This document shows, one piece after another, positions 45,300 through 56,643 of a stretch of 64,000 nucleotides of DNA. Numbering within the stretch: position 1 is the stretch's first letter; each line of letters opens with the position of its first letter. Source of the DNA: Raillietiella orientalis (Eukaryota); NCBI GenBank assembly GCA_036172245.1, contig JAYWIR010000005.1:5084001-5148000 (forward strand), given 5' to 3'. The translations under genes were made by a program, and so were the position numbers. A model generated the notes under the pieces. The model was not told where the DNA came from and ran no database searches. It saw only the letters and a list, made by a program, of their open reading frames with translations.

Positions 45300-47230
45300 T
45301 GGGTAATGGGTTTTTCTTAAACACTGTTCACGGATAAGTAAGGGTGCTGAATAGCGCTGCCATGAACTTTCGAAATGGAAGATGGAAATCCTTTTGGGTT
45401 CTTCTCTGTCCTCGCTGTTTTCCTTTCCGCTTTTTTTTTTGGTTCGCTGAGTACCTGAAGAACCGTCGCACACCTGGCGGGCCACGCAGATCTTTGACGT
45501 TGTTCCAGGCCACCCGGAGGTGCGCACAATTCTTCAAGATGGGGAACCACCCTATGAATCCAGAAAGGGCTCCAGAGAAGGGAGTCCTTTCCTCTCACGC
45601 CTGGGGAGGGATCCCCGAGGGGAAGCCTCGTCCTGATTGTCCCCGAAAGGAACCCCGAAGGGAATCTCGTTCCTTGTTACCCCTTCAGGGGCCTCCTCCA
45701 TTTTTTCTTCTCCAGAAGGAACCGAGAGGTGGAACTGCCTGCAACTCGGCAAACACGCCCGCTGCTCGCTCCGGAAGATCCCAGAGTGCCCTGGCAGGAA
45801 GCACGTAGCGAAGACGATCCCCCTCGCTGCAACTCTGCCCTTTCTGAGGAGGGCACTAGGAAGCAGCTAAAGGCCGCAGTGGGAAGTCTCCTGAAGATTG
45901 CAGACAAGAAACTGATGAGTGGCTGGACCACGGGACAGCTGGCGGGTGCAGCGACCCCCGAGCGTCCATCCACGAATTACTGGGGCAAGCTGCTCGGCAT
46001 TCCAACAGAAGACCTGGAGTGGCCCCCAACTTTGAAGGACACGAGTACCCTCCCCCTGAAGTGACAAGAGTCGACCCTGCTGTTGTTGTGCTGGGGTTTC
46101 CCTTGTAATGCGCCGATACACTGGACTCTGGGGAAGGCGAGCCCGGGCTGTTGCAGGTGCAGGGAACGGGAATCTTTCCCGCACCTGCTAGTCAACTGTG
46201 TTGCCCTCCGGCCCTGTGGGGACGTTTTGGAACCACCCTCTGGCTTCCGGTCGGCACCTCCCCCAAGGACGTCTAACGGCTCTCTTAGTGCGGGGCGCCG
46301 TGAAGCCAGCCGCAGCCCCAGCAGCGCTTTGCTGCATCCGCACCATCGTGGCCGCCTGGAGCGAAGCCTACGGAGGAAGAAATGGGAGGGACACGCCATC
46401 CGGCTCTCAGCTCGCTTCCTGCGGATAGCGGTCGGATGATTCCACCTAGAGATTATTCGGATGGACCTAGCCAGAATCTTGGAACGGATGCAAACTCCTC
46501 CAGAAGACAGTGATCCCTTCCAGCCCCTCCCAAGTGTTTTTTGTTTATTTTTATTTATTCTTTTATTTTATTTTTCTTTTTGTTTTTCCTATCCACCTCC
46601 GATGCTGAGGTGAGTACAGCCGGTCTGCGTACCGGTGACCCAGCAGGTCCACTGTTGAATTGGCTGTAGTAGGACCTCAAAACACAAATGTTATGAGTTT
46701 ATTATTAATAAATGCCCCGGCGCTACCGGGTGACAACTCCGGAGGGAACCCTCAAGGAAACCAGTACGGCTTCCTCCTCCTCCGAAGAGAATCCCGAAGG
46801 GACGCTTCCGAATTTTCCCTGAAGGGTGCTCTCCGAAGGGAGCGGCGCGCTTCTTTGCACTCTGGAGAGGCATCATCAATCAATCCACTGGCTCCATGGT
46901 ACGAGACGGAGGGTCCATCAACGAGGGGGGGAGAAGGGGAGGGGAGGGACGGCTCCTTTGCACAACCGGAGGGAAACCTCGAAGGGAAGCGGACTCCTCG
47001 ATTCCGTTTCCTGGAAGGACCCCGGAGGATCGACTCCCAAATCCCGGCTGCTCGTCGGGGAGTTTGACCGCTGCCAGTGCCGCACCCGAATAGAGGCCGA
47101 CCAGGGTCATCTTGCAGGGGGGAATTTGAACCCACGGCGCGCTCCATTTCTCTGGCGTCGATTCTTTCCGAGCATTCGAACCCGCGACGCTTGGTGGTGC
47201 CACGCGCGGAGACCGCAGCCACGTGGCCTC
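45300..47230 (-). mobile_element. Headed retroelement 5' part interrupted by a nested insertion (host parts 47230-46737 and 45723-45300)
   Basis: The two parts are colinear with the uninterrupted 15355-16140 copy. APE-start remnant HLRVAWNNVKDL. Confidence 0.65.
45724..46736 (+). mobile_element. 5'-truncated L1/Tx1-like insertion nested in a related element
   Basis: YWGKLLGIPTEDLEWPP...LPLK*QESTLLLLCWGFPCN...CCRCRERESFPHLLVNC. T-rich UTR, hairpin at 46707-46732, and candidate TSD 45710-45723/46737-46750. Confidence 0.75.
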
Positions 47231-50200
47231 TGCCGCGGGCCATGTGGTTACGGGAATATTCTTATTCTATCGTAGCGATTGAGTGCTGTTCAAACCGTGA
47301 GTTTTTTTTGAAAACTTCCGTCGTTTTCTTATTCAATACAAACTTTCCTTGCCACGTTGTAATACATTACCTGCTTGCTAATCATCATACAAACGTTCAT
47401 AAACAGATATTCACAAATCTAACGTGTTTTTCATTCATCAGGAAGAACGGCTGCAACTGCCTCTGCTAAGGGTGCGGAAGATGGGAAGAAACTCCACGTC
47501 ACTTCGTCAGGAGATGCACCAGGAACCAGATGACGATCACGGAGAGCCATGAGGAGACGGTGAACCAAATCAAGACGGCTATGCTAAATTTCTTGGAACA
47601 AGCGGTCTTCAGCCAGAATATCCTGGAATCAGATTGGAGCGATACATGCTGGGCGAAACGAGGGTAAGCAGAATTGCGCTTCCCTTACGAGTACTCATCA
47701 ACAGAGAAGGAAGAGGCAACACAGAAGAGAGAGCTCTGCACTTTGCTCCGAAAGCTGCACCATCATCAGCACGAGAATGCGAAGTGGAGTGACCTGAGAT
47801 CTTCGGATTTAGAAGATGATGAAGCGTCGAGGGAATTGAGAATTCCTTAGAAGCAGGAGGGGTCCACCGAAAAAAAGGAATAGTCTTCTCGAGCCTGCGG
47901 ACTTTCCAGTAGCTGCATTGAAAGCAAAAGACTGATCACCGCAAGCAATGGAGAAACATTTGAAAATCCTCACCAAACGATAAAGCAAAGAGAGCTCAAG
48001 AGAAGAGGCAATCAGAGATTCTGTAAATCTCCCTCTTTTTAACATTATTCTGCGTACACAAATTTAAACAGCTAATTTAAACAATTAATTTAATTTAAGC
48101 AAGCGAAATTCTTCCATAGTTGAATGCCAGGCAGATGGAGTTGATTTTCCGCATTCTGGATGAAATCGTGGGAAGTCACATCAGCAAATGATGTAAATTG
48201 GAAACAGTATCATCTTTATTAGAAAGCAGTGATTCTACCACCCAACAGGCAAACAATGCTGCACGTATTTCACATCACTCATGGACCCGTGGAGCATCTA
48301 GACTGAGAGATTTCAGATTTTTGAAGTTCCTATACAAATGACCGGAATTTCTTGCAGCTTGTCTTTCTCTGCTGAAGGATTTAAGAGGGAAAATTTCGTT
48401 AGGCACTCCTGCACTTCCATCAAAAGTTCCACTTGAATTTACCACTCCCGTTTCAAAAAGGGCCTCTCTTCTCGTCTCATCCTCTTTGATCGTTACAGTC
48501 ATAATTGGTCTTTGATTCATCGCCCTCCAGGTTTCCGAATAGATTTTGCTTAGATTTTCGGTTGCATTTAAAAAAGCCAAGGCAATCTTGGCTTTTTCTT
48601 ACAAGCGATGAATAGCTTTGTGACGTATTCTTTAAAATTGCCTTTTTCTCCAAAGCATTCGAGTTCATGTTCTGAAAAAGCAGAGTTGAAGTGCCATAAT
48701 AATAATCTCTCTAGAGAAGGATATGGAAGGATCTTAAGAATCCCTGGAAGAAGCGAAAAAACAGATGGAGGATGCCCAGGAGAGATATGACTGCCACAAC
48801 GAAAGCTTATAAAAGAACTCAGAAAAACCGCCAGCAAGGAAGGGAAAAGCAATCGGGAATAAATCGAACATCCCTTCATCAAACAGAAAGTAGTAATCTG
48901 CATTCTGGTTTGATATGTGAAAACGAAAAAGACTTGCAGGATTCGTTGTCGAAGCTGCTAGATAACTAGCGGAGATTTGACGGAAATGTTTTTTTTTTCT
49001 GTGATCCAGCATTCAGTCCAAAAGCTGGGGCGAAAACCCAATGTGAAATCCACAAGCTAAGCCAATAGTGACGAGTAATAAAGGAGATTCAAGAACTTCG
49101 AACTAGCACACTAATAGTACTAGTGAGGAGAATATGACAGAGACGGACTCAAGACGTACTGTTTTAAACTTAAAAAGTATATTCCTAGTGAGCGCCAATA
49201 CGGTAAAAGCGAGGTTGCCAACTTTGCCACGCAAGAGATTGAGCCAGGATCCAAGAATTCAAAATTGGAATAGTCACAGTCGATACCCAAAGCCCACACT
49301 GCAGCCAACAAAACTCAACCGCCTTATATGCCTGCATCATCGACCCACATGCACAACGGAAATTAGACTGACCAAGATGAGTCGTTAACAGCATGCAAAT
49401 TTGAGCTGCAATCTGGAATTAGAGTGAGGGATCCTGAAAAACCTCCACAGCGTAATGCGAAATAGGACAGTAAATCATTCAGGTTCCATTTGGAAGATAC
49501 AAGGATCATCTGCAGATGATGCATTCCTTCCGAATTATTTAAGCTGCAGACGCCGTAAATGTTACAAATGTTTTTGGTGACTTTCCAACATCTGCACAGT
49601 TCCTGCACTCGCCCTTGGGAAATGGTTTTGCATCCTCCAAGCCAGAGAGATCTGCTTATTGACACCCCTGCCGCTGTTGCAGCTATCATATGGCTAATTT
49701 ATTGTGCAGATCACTCTCACGGTATGTACACTCGGCTATGCAGCATACTGGCACACACCATTATGCACGTCAAGCGGTCAGCATTCATGAGAGACATCTC
49801 TGCTTCATCGATTTGGGCACTCATTATCCCCTATCGTGCCTAGCACTTGGTCGACCACTGTGCCACTCTGCAGCAAAAGTGGAGGACCGTTGCCATGCTG
49901 TAGCATGGGCAAGCGTCGAAGCCATACCACTAACGGTCCTTCCGATCACCTATGAAAATCGAGAACGAAACAACCTTGAGAAATCCGCAATGGTACACTC
50001 TTAAGAATGCTTATCCTGTACTTTCCAACAGACTTGCAATAGCACAAGTACTCGTTCTTATCTAACACGTCGAAGCGCTCATCAGGCACGAGACAGGAAG
50101 GAAACGTGCGATCCATGTCAGCTCGAGTCATTCCTCATGCAAGCGGAGAGGAAGATCCTACGCTATTTTCTCTCCAGAAAGAAAATAGAACCCAGAAATT

Positions 50201-53200
50201 CGAACCATAGGTCTCGGGAAAATTAGAACTGTCAAGAAGCTTCCACTTTCGTTCTCAAGGAATGCAAAACAGGAAATCCAGCTATCAAAAACCTGCATAC
50301 CATGCTGACTTTCGTTAAGATGGCCATTAAAATGAGATGGCACGTGATTACCATCCTGCCAAATACTTGCTAAAAAAAAAAAGGGTCGAGATTCAAAGTG
50401 AGATACTGTTTTTTCAGTACAAGGGTGGGAGGCAATCACAACAAACATAGCTCAATTTATCAGAAACCCCATAACTCAAGATGCACGGAAGCAGAATATA
50501 GCAATCTTGCTGCTGAGATGACTAAAGGAGCCGAGAGCAACAACCTGGCTGCTGGAGTTGGAAATAACGGAAAACCAAGCCAGTTGGGAGATTCCAGCTA
50601 CTTAGAGCAATGGTACAAACATGTCGCACCATGTGCTAAACTGCCTCCTCAGTTGCTCATTCAAACGACTGTCCATGATCAAAATCTTACTGATGAGATG
50701 AGCATCATCAACTTGAATGCAAATACAAGAATGTGAACATTGATCTCTTTGCGCACTTACTGTAACCATCAAAACAATCATATCTGGAAATCGAAAGCAG
50801 GAATACAACAAGTTTGAACAAAAATACTTCGAGCAGACAAACTCTTTTCGTTTTCCTCTCTCTTTTGACAACAAGGAATCTCAGGTGATTTTGCGAATCT
50901 GCTGACACAGACGTCGGTTAAAGTGACATTTCCAAAGGCAGCAGATCGGAGGCCAAACATTGACTATGAAGTTCCTTGTTGGCTTCTAGAGATCATGGGG
51001 ATTTAGGATGAACAATCACAACCCAATTGCTCTTGCGCAAGACCAACTTTCTACAAATTCTTCGCCTACCTACTTTATCTCAGCTCGCATCAAGAGCAAC
51101 ACTACAGCTCTGGCCAGCAAAGAAATTCGCGTGGGCATCGAACCAAAAACAAAAAAAAAAATTTCCAACGGCGTCTGAAAGAACCATTCGGGTGCGAATT
51201 TTCGAGAACGTTAGCAAACCTTCCGCTACTGACGGGAAACCAGACTCCGGCGACCGGAGGCTCATTGTCTGGTTGCCTGCTCATTCTGAAGTGAAGAGAA
51301 AGAACTGCTCTGGTGGAATGATGAAGTGGAATGCAGCAGCAGCTAACTCCAGCCGAAGAGCTTGGGAAACGTGACTGAAGCCACCAACGGCGATCATCAA
51401 TACAGGAATCGCGAGCGATCCACAAACATTCAGGCCATCCAAAAAGCGAAGAAGCAAACAACCAACGTCAGAAAAACGTCAAGCCTTAAGCCGCGATATG
51501 CCTTACCAGACTCTCGACCTTGGAATTACCGGAACCAAAGAGAAGGGAGGCTAAAGTGCCCGGAAGCTCTTAGAGCAAGGATACGAGCATTACGGAAAGC
51601 AGAGATACGGAAGTCGAACAAGAAAGATTAGCAGTGGACGGGAAACGCAATCGAAGCAACATTCATGTAGTGGAAGACCAAGTAAGTGGAACCATCTTTT
51701 GGTATGCATTGCCGATTCTCCATCTCCTCTGGCTAAATAAGATTTTCGAGACTTGTAGTTCTAGAGGAACAATGAGAGAGAATGGTAAGGAATTTAGGCA
51801 TTCAGCAGAGCATCAGTTTCAGGAGACGGCCGATTTATCCGACCTTAAATCTTTTTCAGAAATGAGCATCTTTTCCGATGCTCCATGCTATTCTTCAGTT
51901 GAAGCACTGCCAGATCACTCCAGTGATCTCGCAACGCATGCAACCACTTTACTCCTTATGAACACATTCTCACTGCCACTGGCTACATAGATACTACATC
52001 TTCACCTCTTCTTGTCGTATTTCCTTGTCGGACATTTCGCTTGAATTCCAGCCTCTCGAAACAACTCGGATCACCGAGTGATCGGTCAAGTCCTGTTGAA
52101 ACCAGCTCATCTCTCTCGACCTCCTATCCATTGTACTGCTGTAACTAAATCACTCATGCCGAATGCACCCATCTCATCTGTCGCCTTCTCGAAACGCCGC
52201 TCTCCTGCAATTGAAAGCTCCATCTCGGCCACTTGCCTCTCTCCATCCCTCTCAGCTGCTTGATTGCCTGCGTTACGCATCCTCGCTGGCCGACATGGTT
52301 CCCAAAAACAGCACTTGCGCTATCTGCGATATCTATTCTCGAAGACATTTTGCTTCCATGTTTCATCCTGCACTTCCTTCCGCAATTTTCCCAAATCCAT
52401 TTGCTGTCGTGACTACGCATGCATCTCGCCTCCACTTCCTCCTGCATGCACTTCTCGATCCACCAGCCTTGTCTCCCGAACCATCAACTCCTCCCTTGGA
52501 TCCCCTACGAATCAACAACGAGTGGCAGTGCTATTCTTCTTCTCATCGTGTGGCCCGTGTACGCCGATCTGCCTGCACATCTCATTTTCCTTCTAGAAGC
52601 CTGCTCCCCTTCAGAAATTCCTCGAGCGCATCCGCTTTCATCTCTGACTTCTTCTCCTCCCGTGATGCAAACACCAACTCTTTCCTTCCGTGAATCGATG
52701 ATTGACCGTTCCACTTCCCCTCCTTTCCTTCCACTTCATCCACCATGCATCTTCCCTGTCCACAATCGTACGCTGCCAGCATTATTTCACGATGAGCATA
52801 CAGTAGCACCTCCATCGCGAAGCTCCCGTCCTCCCTCCCACCCTTCGCTCTGATACCACCACCATGCGATCCTAGACGACAGGCATCACCACACCCCCTT
52901 TGCCTACTGGGCTCACGCACTCACCCTCTCCACCCTTGCAATCCCTCACCCCCTTCAGCTTCTATCCTGTTATTCACCTTGCTTGCGTGTTCCTGCTAAA
53001 AAATCCCGTACACTCCTGCTTGCAGGTACATGATGCTTTTCTAAACTCCTCACACAGTCGATGTTGACAGGTTGATGCTGTGCTTGCGTGCGAATGCAAC
53101 ATTCGTACGTTTCCAACGGGTATTACTTCGCAGGCTCCACTAGGGACTCGTAGCTTATGGGGTCTCTTTGAATCAATAGCCCCTCTGAATCCTTTTAAAC

Positions 53201-53399
53201 CATGAGTAAAAACTGCTACCATCCCGCTTTCAATCATTTCATGCAATAACCATTAAAAAGGGAGATTCACCACTTTCGAATGCTGAAATTCCTGATGCGC
53301 CTTTGTCACCACCTTCGCTCCTGCCCACCGCATCACAGATCACTTTTGTACTCACCTCCTCATCCTGGCTTACTTGAAAAAACGGGGAATCTGCGAAAC

Positions 53400-53900
53400 C
53401 TAAAAGCTGCATCTGCCGATTCCAACGGTCAGGAGAACAAAGCATTTATTGACCATCCATCCATAAGTGGATGGTTGTACATCTACTCCGGACATTTGTT
53501 GCATTCCACCGTTATCAGAGATGCCAAGTGCATAAAGAGCCAAGTGCATCGTATTGATCAATTCTGCATGAAACACTGCCTGTCTTTTTTTGGCCACCCG
53601 TGGCTCAAAGCTACTGTGACGACCCCTTGGTACACAAAGATCAGATGAAGGCTGATGGAACTGTTTATTGCTGAAACCATTTCTTCTGTTTTGCCTCCCT
53701 TCTAATTGGCTTTCTTGTAAGTGAGCGTCCATCCCCACTTGTGGAACACCCTGCGTTCCATCTTTTACATGAAATTTGTGAATAATCCATCCGCCCCAAG
53801 TAATGGCTTGCCTCCACGCACGCTTTTCTTAATTTCCATCACCGCTTACTCAGACGTTGATGCTAATGATCTTCCTTGTTCTTCTGCGCTAGCTGATTTT
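53400..53900 (-). mobile_element. Possible decayed non-LTR RT fragment
   Basis: EIKKSVRGGKPLLGADGL resembles the RT domain-0 motif (k.gKa.GpDG). Many stops. Confidence 0.25.
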
Positions 53901-55799
53901 ATGTATTGTGTGCTAGGTCCGTACGAAGCTGTAGGAGGTGCCATCCTGCTCCAGAGACGTAGAGGAGCTACTCCGTGCTGAGGACGCTCCTGAGGAATGC
54001 TTCTCGTTTCGATTGAGAAGGGTGCTCAAGGGTGCTCGGGTCTTTTCATTCTCCCTTAGCTCCAAGAAGGACTTTCTCGAGCAGGGAAGACTTCCGGAAA
54101 ACGCTGGCCGGCTCCAAGAAATATCAAAGCTCTTGCTCTGGCTCTGGAGGAGCAACTTTCCTACGATCGCCGTGCCCGAGGCGTCTCTCCGAAGCAGAGG
54201 GAAACATCAGGAACAGCGGACGAATCGAATCTGGGAGCGAGAATATCGCAAGCTTCTTCTCGCGCGATGCCTGAAGGCCCGAGGATACGATGGGATCGAG
54301 GCAGCTCGACGGCATAGTTCTCCCAAGGGTGAAAAGAAAGGTACGCATCAGTCCACCATCCTGGAACCACTGCCGAGAAAACAGAATTCCTCAAAGTCGC
54401 AAATTCTCGTTGTCCGAAGTGTCACGTCGATCGAAACATATAGAATGATCCATGGAACCATGGGCAGCATCCAGCGGAGGAATGGAGAGCAGCAACAGTC
54501 GGGTAGGGTTGCTGACTCTGTAGCTACGGATGGGGTGGGAAAGCTCTCGAACAATACCTACCTGCAGCAAGACCGCCGTTCCGAAACGTCCGCCGACCTC
54601 CCATGGAGCAAAAAAAAAAAATTCTTGAATGCTCGAAAGTGGAGGCGATTGCGAAGGTTCGGGAGACGACAGCAGGACGCACGCTGCCTCCGCAGCGGCT
54701 GGAAGGAGAAGCATTCGCAATCCCGATGGCGCGTAATTCGCTTCAGGGATGCATCTGTGGAATGCTCGACCCCGCGGACGATGACCACTACCCAGAGGTG
54801 CTGCTTGCTGTGCCTCGGCAGCCTGACGCGGACCAATCGCTCCGGTGCGCACGCGTTTCTCGTTTCCCGACGGCGCCCGCGCGTTTTCAGCGGCACCACC
54901 GAATGCCACGCCAGTCCCAACGCGGGGTGCACGCCATGGCGACCCGACGGAGAGCCTGCAGCTCATGCGCGAAGCCTCCACCTTCCCACCGAACGTTGCC
55001 GAACCCATGATTCCCATTATTCCACCACAAAGATGAATGTCTGGAAAAGGTCCTTCGCCATCCTCATGACCATTTTGTCCGTTTTCCGAGTGAGAGATTA
55101 CGTGCGTTTCATCGTGGCAGTGTTCTAGGCTCCATCGCTGAAGACAACGCTCAGGAGTAGGCGCACGTGCTTCGCCGCATTCGAGGAAACAGCTGAGCGG
55201 CAGTTTCTGACGCTGCAAATCCCTGCTCCACCCCTGCAATTAAGTGTTTCTCCTCCCCACTTCCCAACTTTCCTCACCTTTGTCGTTCGAAACCATCAAG
55301 AGCGCCTGAGCTCGCTCTGACCTGGGAGGTGCGCGCGGGACTCATTCCTGCGGAAAAAAACACGGACGCAGCAGCACCTGAGTGGCACAACACCGCAACC
55401 CAGTAGAGGCACCATCCAAAGATAAATCCAGCGCGCCAGCCGACGAAAGTGCATACGCGGCACGCAGCGCCTCTCCTCACAGCAAAGCTCCACCCGTTCT
55501 CATGACGGGAGCCTGTCCACACCAAAAGGCTCACTCCCTTCCTGACTGGAAGTGAAAAGCGTCCGTCCACCTCGAAAGGAGCACGTCCTCACACCACCCC
55601 AGACGACGACTCCCCAACCACCTGCCCAGGTAGGCCTCTTCCTTGCATCCTTCCATCTATCCGGAGCGTTCCGTTGCTTCTTCTCCTTCGGGAAGAACTC
55701 CGTCACCGGGATGGTCGTCGGAGCGGCCTTTGTGAGAGATAGCCATGGTCTCGCAGCAACTGCTCCTACGCTCCCTTCAGCAGTCACTCCGCGTCCGTG

Positions 55800-56643
55800 G
55801 AAGCTCCAAAGTGCGTCCCAAGCGGATTGTGTTTGTGTTGGCAGGAAACGCCTGGACTGTGGGTGGTAGCCGGTCGTTGTGAGACTTCGCTGCACCATGC
55901 GTTCTGGGCAGAGTGGGAAGGGGTCTTGCAGCGTGCTAGTGTCTTTGTCGAGCACTTGGCCTGACCAACACATCAGTCCGTGACCACCCCAGTAGTTGCT
56001 GCCATCGTCGAGCGGTTTCGGTGGCTGCTAACCTTGCACTCGACTCGACAGCTCGCATTCTCCCAGCTTTGCTGATTCGAATGTGCACCATAGAAGTGCC
56101 GCTGTGACGAGACCCATTGGTTTGCAGTCCCCGTGCAGTTCTTCGGCACAAGTGAGAAAGCACAGCCTTGCCGAGTGCCATGCCCACGGTTACTTGCGTA
56201 GAGCGGCGCGCCTCCTGCTGACCTGCGTCGTTACGGGACGGGCGCGTCACAGCACGTGCATGGGCGATGCGAAGGCGTGGCGGCACCCAGTCCGCACGGA
56301 ATCGTTCGGTGATACCGCCACGATTCGCCCTTCTCCCTGCTGTGATCGCGCGGCTGGAAAATTTTGATGCTGGGCAAACCCAACCATCGACTCGAAAGAC
56401 GGCACACTGGCTACGGCTTGTGCATGACAGCACAGCCTGTGTGTGCTCAATGCATGTTTCCCAAAGGAATGCCACCACGCGGTTGCAGTTGCTACTGGGT
56501 CCGCACCCAAATGCACCAGCAGCGTACTCCTGCTGGAAGAACTCAGGGATATCACGACAAGCGGCGCGCAGCGCCCACTTTTGCCGAGTATTCGAACCGG
56601 CGACGCTTGGCACCACGTACGGAAACCACAACCCCACAGTCTC
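55800..56643 (-). mobile_element. Headed retroelement 5' part with degenerate ORF1
   Basis: Head GAGACTGTGGGGTTGTGG...CCAAGCGTCGCCGGTTCGAATACTCGG (56643-56584), second motif TTTGGGTGCGG, SARLAA (compare CSRLAAARV) and knuckle remnant ARCKTPSHSAQ. Confidence 0.55.

Noticed and set aside
53938..55128. Longest ORF in the window (396 aa)
   Set aside because: No recognisable domain, non-ATG start, Arg/Ser-rich composition typical of a chance GC-rich frame, and long overlapping antisense ORFs.
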